A stretch of DNA of 63,572 nucleotides, filler included, from Olpidium bornovanus S191 (lineage: Eukaryota; Fungi; Olpidiomycota), in the NCBI GenBank assembly GCA_017911155.1. It is 30 parts of 30 records of this genome, joined end to end, with 100 filler letters (N's around TTAATTAATTAA, not from the genome) between each part and the next. Parts side by side here need not be neighbours in the genome. Positions count along the whole stretch, not along the records: positions 47,656 to 49,277 come from JAEFCI010000852.1; positions 49,378 to 50,566 come from JAEFCI010008315.1; positions 50,667 to 52,958 come from JAEFCI010011077.1; positions 53,059 to 54,538 come from JAEFCI010004339.1; positions 54,639 to 58,775 come from JAEFCI010010265.1; positions 58,876 to 60,485 come from JAEFCI010005793.1; 24 more parts are not named here. One strand, written 5' to 3'. The notes under the pieces were generated by a model, which was given only the letters and a program-made list of their open reading frames with translations, did no database searches and had not been told where the DNA came from. The position numbers were made by a program, and so were the translations under genes. The first letter of the stretch is position 1. Every line of letters starts with the position of its first letter. Positions 48,661 to 60,353 of the stretch are shown piece after piece.

Positions 48661-49377
48661 GCTACCCTTACGTATAGTTTGATAGTCTTTGATTGGCCAT
48701 AACTGATGTTTAAAATTGCGCAACGGCTCTCCGCATTATTCGGCAGGCCATTTCCCCAACATCACTTTCCTACATACTGCTCAGAACCTGGTATGCATTT
48801 GATCGGTATCTTCGTTATATATTGTCGTACAAATCAGGCAGTGAGAACGTCATTCTAAACGGCAACAAAGTAAACGGAAATTGCCGAACATAAATTGCTA
48901 GTTGGCCGGTTGCAAGAAATTAATTTCTACTGCCACCGACTACCAATGTTTGCCGTGGTAACCCCTCCCCTACACCAACGGGCCACGCCCCGAGCCCAGC
49001 AGGAACGCGCGCACGTCACGCCTATTTTGTGCTGACCACCGCCGCCGCACGTTTACCGATATTTGCTCACTTAATTTACTGCGCCGATGTCCCACCGCTT
49101 ACGCGAGCTGGACCTGATGTGGTTGCTCAGCTGCGGGCTTGAACGGTATGCAAGCGCATGCGGCAGATTTGTCGTCGGCGTCCTCGCTGACGAATATTGC
49201 TGCGTTCTTCGGCGCAAGCTTTTGCCATCTGCCAGGGGTGCCGGCCGGCGGGGCGGCGAGCCGTGACTGCGGCGCGCNNNNNNNNNNNNNNNNNNNNNNN
49301 NNNNNNNNNNNNNNNNNNNNNTTAATTAATTAANNNNNNNNNNNNNNNNNNNNNNNNNNNNNNNNNNNNNNNNNNNN

Positions 49378-50364
49378 CATGCCTCCCAGCACATTCTGTC
49401 GACTACACGTCCCAGAGCTACGACGAGCTGTCTCGGGGGGCCGTCGGTCGACTTCGTTCCGGGACGCTGTGCGCCGCACCAACCCCGCTTTCTGCCGCCG
49501 GAAGGTCTGGGTCGATCCTGCGGCAGTCTTCACGGAATAGCGCGCCTCGCTTTGGTTATTCGGATGAAGGGCGCCGCCCCCGACGGGTAACGTTCTCTGA
49601 AGGGACCAGATCAATCGAGGAGGAGCGTGCTGGCAGCAAGAGAGGAGAGGGAGGCGCTTTTGATGATGAAAAGCCGATCCCGGCCGCTTCGTCCCCGCGG
49701 CCGGCGTATGACCCGGCTGTTGATGTGAGGCTGCGCCAGGACGAAGCCCTCGTGAACCTGAGGAGCGACTGCCGTGCTCTGTACGACGAGCTCAAGGCCA
49801 GTGGCGGCGGGACGCGCGAGCAACGGGAGACATACCGCAGGCTAAAAGCGTATGTTCGAGGTGAGGCCAACGGAGGGGTTAAGGCACTCTGGACTCGAGA
49901 TCGATTTGGAAACGGCGGGTGAACGCCAGTCGCTGTCGTATCTAGGCGAGCGCTCGATCACCTCGGCGGAAGAACCGCGGTCCCCGTTCGCCGTCCGGGG
50001 TTCTCCGGCCGCCGACAGCGCCGGAACCGCGGACGCGCTCCAGGAGACCGACGCCCGGTCGCTTTTGGAGGCCGGCGGCGCTCCGGGGCTTTCGCCGCCG
50101 AGCGCGCAGCCGCCGGTGCCGCTGACGGAAATGTCTGTCGCCCAGCTGAACGCGCTGAAGCCGGCGCTCCGGAAGATAATATCCGGGCCTGAGCGGCGCG
50201 GCGAGGATGTCCGGAGAGCGAAGGCCAGGTACAAGGAAATCCGCCAAGAATTGGAGAGAAGGAGGAGGGGGAGGCCGGAGGGGGAGGAGGAGGAAGAGGA
50301 TCCCGTGATTCCGACTCCGGCGGAGCCCGCGGCGGCGGAAGACGGGGCAGCCAGCGACGTGTGA
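49378..50364 (+). CDS. Hypothetical protein C-terminal part with two short helical-hairpin segments (FAM13A/Sld2-N-like pattern, tentative)
   Basis: Three exons can be joined in frame. Segments: LVNLRSDCRALYDELKA..TREQRETYRRLKA and MSVAQLNALKPALRKII..PERRGEDVRRAKARYKEIRQEL. Stop at 50364. Confidence 0.5.
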
Positions 50365-50474
50365 GCGGTGTTCCCAATCGCGAGCTTGTGACTAACGCGC
50401 AGAAGTCGCCAACGGTTTGACGCTAATTCTCCCCTCCTTCCCCCTCTTCCCTCCTCTCCCGCCCTTCCCTCCAC

Positions 50475-50558
<84 letters not shown>

Positions 50559-50792
50559 CCCCCACCNNNNNNNNNNNNNNNNNNNNNNNNNNNNNNNNNN
50601 NNNNNNNNNNTTAATTAATTAANNNNNNNNNNNNNNNNNNNNNNNNNNNNNNNNNNNNNNNNNNNNCGGAAGCTTTTGGGCGGCCACCCACCCCCCAAAC
50701 GCGGCCCCGGGGGGGGGGGTGCGCCAGCTTTTGTGGGGGGGCCGGGGGGGGGAACGACTTTTTTTTTTGCGTGCTAAACGTCCGCCCGCCCC

Positions 50793-50827
<35 letters not shown>

Positions 50828-51460
50828 GCGGCGAGATGTCAACGCAGTGGGAGGCCGAGGCTTATCTTCTGGCGGCGAATTTTTTTTGATGTCGTCGCGC
50901 TGCATTACTGGGACGACGACTTCCTTTTTCGAGGTCTTGTGAGGGTAACGTTCGCTAGAGTCCCCGAACAACGTAGACGTCGCGGCGTGATATCGGCAGA
51001 CATTCCTCGAGATTAGGTCGCGCAGGTGTCGACGGAAAACAAGCTGCCGTACGGTTTTTCACAACCCGACCAAACAAAAAACAAAGAAAAGCCGGCGCAC
51101 AAAAAGGACGGGGGCAGAAATTCCGCAGCATGCCCGGCAATGTGGCGCGCGCATCCCCCAACAGGGCAAAAAAAAGGGGATGCCCCGAAAAAGTCCGTCG
51201 ACCTCGAAATGGCCAAACTAAATCTGCCTTTGTTGGTAGAAGCGAAAAGGCAACCAATGGTTTTTTTGGTGTGTGTGTGTGCGTGTGTGTGTGTGTGCGT
51301 GCGTGTGTGTGTGCGGGGGGGGGGGGGGGGGGGAAGGAGGTTTGGAACTGGAGAGACGTTAGCACTCATAGTCTCAAATTCATGCGCAACGGGGTTGTCC
51401 ACTTTCGTCTTCTCCCCTTTTCTCTCAAATTTTCCCCCGGAGCATAAGACCCACCTATCC

Positions 51461-52914
51461 TCAGTCTATGAAAAACTTGAGTAGATCGCCCAGGGACACT
51501 ACGCCGACCAGGCTGTTGTCTACGTCGACAACGATAAGACGATGCACGGGACTGGTCTTCATGGTTTCGAAAACCGAGCACAGCGACTCGTCCGGCGTGC
51601 AGGTGTGCACACCCTCGAAAGTCTTCGCGTCAACGCCGGATACAACGGGCAGGAAAATAAGCAGGAGCCGAGACCACCCCGCGGAGGAGTAACGCGTGTC
51701 CCGACGACTTACCTCTGGTCTCAGCAATAGCGCCTCGCTGACCGGCATGGAAAGATCGTAATGCAGGCCGCCTCGCGCGAGGTTCTGGGGAAGGTCACGC
51801 GCAGGGTTACGGAATTCTCAGCAAACTTGCAAGGTTTGAGGCGTGCGATGAATTCCCGAGAGCACGCCGCTTCGGGCCGCCCTTTGCTCACCATGACGTC
51901 GCGCTGCTCGTACACGTTGACTACTATACCTGTGCTGGTGCGGAAAACGTCGAGAAACGTAAGAGAGACGAGCCCCTTGCACAGGCGAAGGTGTGGACCT
52001 GCGTCTCGGAGACGAACCGACGAAAAAAAGCGGCGATCGCCGGGATTACCGTTTTCTAAGATCGGGACGACTGTTATGCTTTTCTTCACGAACAGGTTGA
52101 TCAGGTGGACAACCGACGTGTCCAGCGTCGCCGTAACGAGGTTCTCGTACGTCCCAATTCGCAGCTCGGCGAGCGACTGCCGAAGCAGCGAAGTCCATTG
52201 TCGACACTGGGCATGCAGGAAACATGTTAAAATTGGTCAGGGTTGAGCCATAAAGGAACCCCCCCCCGGTTCTGATCATTCCCCAACGCGCCAAGGCATG
52301 CAACAGGACGGTCCGCAAGGCGACGAGCAAACAAAATCCGTCCGCCTTCTCCCCCCCTTTCCCCCCCTTTCTCCCCCATTTTCCTCCTCGACTAAACCAA
52401 GCAAGATGCGCACGTTGGCTGCGATGTACTTGATGATCCTGTACTGCGTCAGCACGGACACGACCAGCTCCCTCTTCGAGGTCGAGTCGACATCCACGAC
52501 GGGAAGCTTGTGCGACCGCGAGTTCACCAGGAGCTTCGTCGCTTCGTAAAGGGATTCGGAGGGATGAAGCTTCAGGAGCGACGGGTCCGCCGCGCCCGCT
52601 TTGCGCTCCATGTCTTGTACACCCCGGCCGAGATCGCAGACACCAAGTCAGGGCAATGTTTTCGCCGGATTTCCGGCGCCAAAGTACCGCCGCTCGAGTC
52701 GGAGGGGGGGGGGGACCGCGGAGTGGGAAAGGAAGATAAGCGCGAGCAGTCGTACCCTGCCATCCCTGCACCTGAAGCTGCTCGATTTCCTCCAGCGCCG
52801 CTGCAGGCGACGGGTGAGAGGAGTACTTGTGGAACAGCCGCACGAAGGTCGAGACGGTGAGCATGCCCGCAAAGTTGCGCTTCGCCGAATTCCAAAGCGG
52901 AGCGGAGACGATGC
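51461..52914 (-). CDS. SNF4: AMPK/Snf1 gamma subunit (four CBS domains); 5' partial
   Basis: Exons: IVSAPLWNSAKRNFAGMLTVSTF / LHPSESLYEA...HKLPVVD...VVSVLTQYRIIKYIAAN / LRQSLAELRIGTYENL..ATLDTSV / NVYEQRDV / HYDLSMPVSEALLLRPE / FEGVHTCTPDESL...VHRLIVVD...GVVSLGDLLKF. Confidence 0.95.
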
Positions 52915-53058
52915 CTGCATGGATGTCGCGTCGTGCGCGAAGGCCCGATAAAACCCCCNNNNNNNNNNNNNNNNNNNNNNNNNNNNNNNNNNNNNNNNNN
53001 NNTTAATTAATTAANNNNNNNNNNNNNNNNNNNNNNNNNNNNNNNNNNNNNNNNNNNN

Positions 53059-53675
53059 AAACGGCTTAACGACCAAAGGCTGACTGGCCATCCATTATCC
53101 ACAGGTGATCATACAGGGAAAAATTTGGCAACGTGGTATATCAAGGCGTTAGAAAAATGGAATCCTCTCGACAACCATGGCCACGTCACTGCCGACAATG
53201 CGTCAAACAACATCACTCTGTTTGCCAACTTTGAAGAGACCATGGACAAGGTGACCACATGCAACGACTGGCGTGCGGATCAGAACGTGCATGGATGTGT
53301 TGCACACGTCCTGAACCTTGGCGTTAAAGATGGTCTCAAGGCTTTTGGTGCACCGATCGAGATTACCAATCCGCAAGAGGCTATTGAGCTTTGCCCAATG
53401 AGGTAAGATCACCGTTCATTATGAAGTTGCAGTCTTGTTATCATGCACCGCTAACAGTTTTCATTCCGCTTTCAGCATTGGGGCAATTGTTGACGTGCCA
53501 GATGGCGAGTACGTTGATTTGAAAACGGTACACCAGCGCATTCAAGGCCTGATCAAATACGTCAACAAGAGCTCCAAGCGTCAGGAGGTGTTTGAAGCTG
53601 CTCGTGTATACATTCAACCTACGCTTCCGAAACTCAGTCTTGCCACTGAAGTTGCTACGTGCTGGAACAGCACAT
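53059..53675 (+). mobile_element. hAT-superfamily DNA transposase fragment with one spliceosomal intron, interrupted by an LTR element
   Basis: HTGKNLA..., VTADNASNN, CVAHVLNLGVKDGL and EVATCWNST (for TRWNS) are hAT signatures. An in-frame intron lies at 53403-53475 (GTAAGA, GCTAAC, TTTCAG). Confidence 0.88.
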
Positions 53676-54538
53676 TGTCACGGCGCGCCCGCTACGGTGG
53701 CGTCAAACCCCTCAGGCCGCCAGGTACTGTGATTTTGTCAAGAAGGCAAAGGAAAATCTCCAGGTAGTCCGCGGTGCACGGTGTCAGCAGGGGTAAAAAA
53801 AGCCTCTGTTCGCGAGCCGTCCAGCGGAGGCGTCAACACGGTCAAGGCCGCTTCAGCAACGTATGCGCCCAGGCATTCCAAGGACCGCAGCAGGCTCTAG
53901 TCGGGGGCCCTCCGACTAAAGACAAGCCCAAGTCCCTTGCAAAGGCTGGGAGCACCTACGCAGCGTGCGCCACGCCCGCGCGCGTCTACTACGCCGTCAA
54001 GCCGCTCCAGGGCCAACACCTACCTCGACCTTTGCACGTCGTCCCTGCAAAGAATCGTCCAGCCGCCACGCGTCAGAGACCGTGGTGTTAAGGCGCGCGC
54101 GAGCGACGGCGCGCTCTACACGAGCCTGCAGGGCCTCCGAGAGCATCGTTCTTTCCTTTTGAGGACGGAAATGGCCGGCGGCCTCACGGCGGAGCGGAGC
54201 TCCGGGGAGGCCCCCGCCGCCTTTTAAGGCACGCCAGGATTTAAGCTCGCCCCCGTTCGCGCTCCACTTTTGTTTAGACTTTTTGGAACCGAAAAGTGGG
54301 GGGGGTGTCACGGCGCGCCCGCTACGGTGGCGTCAAACCCCTGAGGCCGCGTCAAGCCCCTCATGGGAGCGCCTGCCGAGCAACGGTCACGTGATCCAGA
54401 AATCGCCGAGACCACTGGACACACCAGTGTGTCTAGTCGCGACATCACGTGACCTCCAGATCAAGACCAAGACCAAGACCAAGACAGGCGGGCTCACCAG
54501 TGTGGTGGCGCCCGCGGTGTGGTGGGCTCACCAGTGTG
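53676..54538 (+). mobile_element. Internally deleted Ty3/Gypsy-type LTR element: 5' LTR start, integrase-tail remnant, PPT, 3' LTR (runs off contig)
   Basis: TGTCACGGCGCGCCCGCTACGGTGGCGTCAAACCCCT[C/G]AGGCCGC occurs at 53676 and 54306. The second copy directly follows the [17 protein letters not shown]. Between them is YYAVKPLQGQHLPRPLHVVPAK, resembling a gypsy integrase C-terminus. Confidence 0.75.
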
Positions 54539-55145
54539 NNNNNNNNNNNNNNNNNNNNNNNNNNNNNNNNNNNNNNNNNNNNTTAATTAATTAANNNNNN
54601 NNNNNNNNNNNNNNNNNNNNNNNNNNNNNNNNNNNNNNAAAAAAAAAAAAAACGCACGCAAACGCTCCTCCCTTCCTCGCATCCCGGATTCCAGGCAAAA
54701 AATTTAAATTAAAAACAAAAAGAGGGAGAAAAAAAACCCCCTCGCGTTGCTCTTCACGCGCCCCCCCTCCTTCCAAAACCCCTTCCCCCCGCGTCTTCTT
54801 TCAACTTCCCTTTTCCCCCCCCCCCCCTGCGCCCGCCCCCCGCGTTTCAGCCGTACGGCGGCGCGCGCGCCCACTCCCCCCGCCGTTACCTCCTTTCCCT
54901 TCCACCACCTCCTCCTCCTCCGCTTCCCTCTTCCCTCTTCCCTTTGCCCTCGTCCCGCGGAGCTCTAGCTCGCCCCTTTACTACTTTCCCTCCGCTAGGG
55001 CTTTTGCCGAAAGCCCCCTTTTCCTCTGAGCCAAAAAGTCCCCTCTCTTCCCCGCTTCCCGCCCAGCACCGCCCCACCACACACGCGCCCCCACCCCCCC
55101 CGCCTCGCCCTGCCGTGCCGTGTCCCCGCCGGGGGGAAAAAAAAA

Positions 55146-57543
55146 ATGGCGGGCACGTGGAGGCTCCTGATCGGACAGCTTCGGCGCGCAACCTCGCGGA
55201 AAGGCACGTCGTCGTCGCCGCCGCCGCCGGCGACAGCAAGCGCGGATCTGGACGAGAAGCCCGCGGCGTCCTTCCTCGAGCCCTCGGGCGCGTCCGCCGC
55301 CGTCGCCGCCGTCGCCGCCGCCGCCGCCGCCGCCGCGGAACCGGCGGTCTGCGCGCTTTCCGTTCCCGCGATCGTCCTGCGGGCGGAGCAGCGGGTGGGC
55401 GAGGCGGAAGGCGAGGCGCAGTCGAGCCAGACGCACGCGTGCGGGACCACGGCCGAAAAGGATCGCCGTTGCGGAGAACAGGCCTGCCGCTGCCGCAGCT
55501 GCTGCTGCCCCCGCTGCAGCTGCTGTCCCGAAACGCCCTCTCCGCCCTCGCAGGACTTCCCTTTGAGCCTTGACGGATGCGCCTCGGCGTCTTCCCTGGA
55601 CGAGTGTTGCCACGCTTCGTGCGGAGGCGGGGCCGCAAGCGTCGCCGCGGCCGCGCCGGCGCACCCGCAGAAGTTCCCGATGGCGAAATACGCGGCATCG
55701 ATGCGTCGAGCGATCATCAAGCTTGCTAGTCGGCCTTTCGCGGACTCCGTCGGTTCGCTGGTTCCGTCCTACAAGCGGCAGCCCGGTGCAGGCGCCGGCT
55801 CCGCTGCCGCCTGCTGCCCGGAACCTCAGCTCTCGCGAGCGGAGGTCATAGGTCTGCTGTGCAAAACGGTGCCGCGGTGCAACGTCGTCCTGCCGCGCTC
55901 GGGCTTTGTCTTCGGCGTAGATCTTGAGAATCTCCCGCCGGTGGTCACGAGCGAAGTCGTCTTCGAAAGAGGCCTGCGCTGTCGAGTTCCCCTGATCGTG
56001 GAGCGCTGCGCGCGTTACATTCTCGAGTCGGGTTAGTACGGCCGGCGTTACGGCGGGCAACCGCGTCCTGCGGCTTGCACCCCGTTTTGTCGGACCCGTA
56101 TCCCGTGGGCCTAAAGCTTGCGCGTTTGCCTGACGAACGACAGGAACGGACGTCGTCGGCGTATTCAGAGTGTGCGGCTCAATCAAGCGGATGAAAGAGC
56201 TCCGGACGCTGTTTGATACGCCGCCTGCCTTCGGCAGGGACGTTCAGCTGGGGCGCCGTTGCGCCTATTCCGTTCATGACTGCGCCGGTGTCCTGAAGCG
56301 GTACCTGATGGAGCTCCCGCAGCCCGTGATCCCGTGGGAACTTTACTCGACCTTTCGCGAGGTCGAACTGCTTGCCGAAAGCAACGGAGCCTCGGCTCTG
56401 ACGAAGCCGTCGGCTGCGAAGGCTCTGGCGGAGTTCATACGTGACCTGCCTTCCATGAACCGGGACCTCCTGCTGTTTTTGACGGGCACGCTTGCCGTGT
56501 TTTCCTCGTACTCCTGCAGCACGCTCATGTGCGTGGACAACCTTGCGGCGGTGTTCCAGCCCGGCCTTCTGAACCACCCGAAGCACGCGAGGGACCCCGC
56601 CGAGTACGCCCGGAACCAGAGGGTCGTGGCCGCGCTCGTCCGGCACAACCTGACGCTTTTTGCGGACCCGGGGCTCGAAAAACTTCCGCCGGCGGGGGCG
56701 CAGGGGAGAGGGCCGACGTGCTCCCGGGAAACCGCGTCCCTGATTCCACCGGACGTTGCCGCGGGCGTTCCGCGGCCTCCGCGTCAGCGCGACCGGCCGC
56801 TGCCGAGGAATTCGGCCGGGCCCCAGCAGTACCGCGACTGGCCGGCAGGCGCGCCGCCGCCGCCGCCGCCACCCGCGGAACCCGATCCGTCCGGGGAGGT
56901 CCCTGCCGGCGACCAGCCTTCGTCCCCGGCGCAGCCGCGCAATCCGTCGGCCGCGCGCGCGCCGCGTTCGCGCCAGCCGCCGCCGCCGCCGCTGTTGACG
57001 ACGCTGGCGCCGGCCCCGCACCGGGGGCCGCCGTGCTCCGCGTCGAAGACCTCGCCCCGCCGCCAGCGCGCAGGATGTACCCTGCAGCGCAACCACGCGC
57101 GCAGGAACCGGAGGGGCTGGCACGCCTGCCCGAGGTCGACGCCGGCCGCGGCGGGCCCAGCGGCGAACTTCGGCGCGGCGCCGGCGCCCGCCTCGTGCTT
57201 CCCGCCGCGTTCGCCGACCGCCTCGTGCTTCCTGCCGCGTTCGCCGACCGCCGCGGCGCGCGACGCCGCCGGCGGGCAGCTCGTGCGCTGGCCGTCGTTC
57301 TTGTCCGACCGCCCAAAGCGCTCGTCCACCGTCGCGCCGTCCGTCCCGCGCCGGTCCGCGACGATCAGCGTGATGCCGCCGCCCCCGGATGATCCCGACG
57401 CCAAGCAGCGCGAGGCGGTCTCCAGGGCCGCGAGGCCGGATGCGCGGGAACCGGCCGCCCGCCGGGACGGGCGCGAACGCAGGTCCGCCGCCGAGGAAGC
57501 GGCCGCCGCGCCGCGCCGTCCAGACGTTTCGCACCCCCGGTAG
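55146..57543 (+). CDS. Rho GTPase-activating protein, Sac7/Bag7-like; complete, 2 exons
   Basis: FVFGVDL...VPLIVERCARYILESG, a GTTAGT..CAG intron, then TDVVGVFRVCGSIKRMKELRTLFDTPPAFG (arginine finger), VHDCAGVLKRYLMELPQPVIP and NLAAVFQPGLLNHP...EY; Pro-rich tail. Confidence 0.92.
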
Positions 57544-57650
57544 CGGGCGCCAAGAAAAAAAAAAAAAACAAAAAAATGCCCGGGGGGGTCATGACGGGTT
57601 TCCCGCGGCGAATTTTTTTATTTTTATTATTTTAACATTTTGGTCACCGG

Positions 57651-57681
<31 letters not shown>

Positions 57682-59000
57682 CAAAAAGGAAAAAGAAACA
57701 AGGAAATCAATCAGCCAGGTCCGGAAAAAACAAAAAGACTGTCGTTCCCCGCATTTCCGAAGGTGTTTTCGAGGGAGGGGAGAAAAGTCCCGGCCGCGGG
57801 GGAAAAACCGATCCGCCTCGCTTCTGCCCCGTTCCACGCTTCCAAGCGCCGGCCCTTTTCCGACTCAAGATTTCTCCGCTCGGAAGGGGGTGCCTTCTGC
57901 CGCCCTCTTCGTCTCCCCGTCTCCCCCCTTCCTCTCTTCCCTCTTTCCCTCCCTCGTTTTATAATTCCCCTTCATCACGTCCGACACAAATCTTTCTCCC
58001 CCTCCTTTTTCCATTACTCGCATTTTTCGCATTTTTTGAGCATTTCCCAACCCCCCCCCCCCGTCCCCCCATGATCCGCCCCTTCCCCTTCCGCTCCCTC
58101 GGCGCGCAAGCAATTCAGGAAAAGGGGCGAGCTTCTCCGCATCTTATTTGTTTTTTCTTCTTTTTCACAGCATCGTCGAATCCTTTATTTGAAGGTTTCC
58201 TCCTTCCTCCAACCCCCCTTCCCTCCCCGCCACACACACACACACACCTCTTCGCCGCTCCTTTTGCTCCTCACATAATATTTTGCACCGTTGAATTTAT
58301 ATCCAATTTTTTTTTATTCTGCTCTGGTAATTTAAATCCTGACCTCCGTCCCGCCCCCCCGCTTTTGCCCAACCTCCCCCATCCTTCCTGTTCCCCCTCC
58401 CCTCCCCCCCCCCCTTCCGCCACCCCGCCTTTGGCGCGGGGTGAAACCGGCGAGAAACTCACACATTACGGCTCTCATTTAATTTTTTTTTTTTTTCGTT
58501 GGCTGTTCGGGTCCCGGACTCGCTCCGGGAGGGGATGGAAGTGGGGGGGGGGTGTGGCGGGAGAGGTGGGCGCCAATTTTTTTTTCTCTTTATTTCTTTT
58601 TCGCCGGGAACAAACGGGTAAAAGGAAAGACCGACAAAAAAAAAAAAAAAAAAAAAAAAAAACTGGCCCCCCCCCCCCCCCGCCCCCCCCCCCCCCCACT
58701 TCCATCCCCTCCCGGAGCGAGTCCGGGACCCGAACAGCCAACGAAAAAAAAAAAAAATTAAATGAGAGCCGTAATNNNNNNNNNNNNNNNNNNNNNNNNN
58801 NNNNNNNNNNNNNNNNNNNTTAATTAATTAANNNNNNNNNNNNNNNNNNNNNNNNNNNNNNNNNNNNNNNNNNNNCATGTTGGTGCCTATCTTGCCTGCG
58901 AATTTTTCGTTTTGAAGCGGGAGGTTTGTGCCCGGCACTTGTTTTCTAACTTCATATTATCGACGTTTTTCGTTATATCCTTACGCTGGTCTTTGCAAAG

Positions 59001-59732
59001 CACGGGCAAGTCCTTGTGTACGATTTACGAGATCCGGCGATCGGCGACTTGCCGAGAGAGGTTGTTAGGCTCTCGGCACACGGAGGTACCACGTCGTCTT
59101 CTTTGTTGGTTCGACCGTCGAGCACGGCATTTCATCTTGCCCGGCCTCTCTGACCACGTCAATTGACAAAACCGCTAGACGCCGTGTCTTCCGCGGCATT
59201 TCATCCGAGTTGGCCGCTGCTGCTGACGGCGTCCGGACAACGGAAGTTCTCGCTGGCGGACACCTGGGCGTTTAGGAGCGGACGTGCGGAGAGAAAGTTT
59301 TCGAGCGACAGCGACGGCAGCAGCGACGCGGACTCCGAGTCAACGGACGACTCCGACGCAGACGTTGAGTCGACGGATGACTCCGAAGCAGACTCCGAGT
59401 CGACGGATGACTCCGACGCGGACGCCGACAAGGGTGAAAGGCGACCGCAGGCCGACGGACCTTCGTCCGCGGCGGATGAGGGGCCGTCTTCGACGGTCCG
59501 GCCTCCCGCAGACGGCGAGAGCAGCGCGGTTGATAACACGCTCCGGATATGGCACGTCCCCGCCGTCTGGACCACGTATGCAGCCGATGGTCCGTGGGAA
59601 GCGGCGGCGGCGGAGGCGCGGCAGGAAAAGGACTCCGCCACGGACGGTGTAGGAGGGGATCCGCGTTCCGGGGCAGATGCGGCGATGACCGACGCCGCAG
59701 CCGCGTGCGCGGGCGCGGCGTCTGGACAATAG
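59001..59732 (+). CDS. WRAP53: WD40 protein WRAP53/TCAB1 (Swt21-like), last two exons; 5' partial
   Basis: HGQVLVYDL...LSAHG|DAVSSAAFHPSWPLLLTASGQRKF...DNTLRIW matches the WRAP53 C-terminal AH.D.V....HP..P.LAT.SGQR.F...DNSL..W signature. Confidence 0.82.
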
Positions 59733-59796
59733 ACCACGTCTGGACAATAGACCACGTCTGGACAATAGACCTCCCGCACAACCTCGACGTGCCCAA

Positions 59797-59845
<49 letters not shown>

Positions 59846-59847
59846 GC

Positions 59848-59921
<74 letters not shown>

Positions 59922-59962
59922 AGGGAGGGCGGCGAGACGGAAAGAGAGAAAGAAAGACTCAC

Positions 59963-60252
59963 TAGTGCACGAAGCCGAAGCCCTTGTTCGGTACCTTCCC
60001 GTCGGGGCCGGGCGGGGCGGTCCTGTCGACGACGGCAAAGCAGCCCTTGACGGGGCCGACCTCGGAGAAGAACTCCTCGAGCTGCTCGTTCGAGCAGTCG
60101 TAGGGCAGGCCGAGGACGAAGAGGGTGGACGACGAGGTCGTCGCCGCGACCTTCTTCGCCGCGGCGGCGGCGGCCTCCTCGTCGTCGTCGTCCTGTTCCG
60201 GGGACTGGACAGCAACAGGACCGCGGGCTCCGGGGTCAGGGGCGGCGGTCAT
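59963..60252 (-). CDS. RRM protein, Nop4/RBM28-like, exon 1 only
   Basis: MTAAPD...STLFVLGLPYDCSNEQLEEFFSEVGPVKGCFAVVD...NKGFGFVH(Y) contains RNP2 and RNP1. A GTGAGT donor follows at 59962. Confidence 0.8.
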
Positions 60253-60284
60253 TTTCTTTTTTTTTTTTTTAAAATTCTTTTGGC

Positions 60285-60285
<1 letters not shown>

Positions 60286-60315
<30 letters not shown>

Positions 60316-60353
60316 CTTCTTCTTCTTCTTCTTCTTCTTCTTCTTCTTCTTCT
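60286..60353. repeat. (CTT)n microsatellite, about 22 units
   Basis: Directly visible, just upstream of the RRM gene ATG. Confidence 0.95.
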
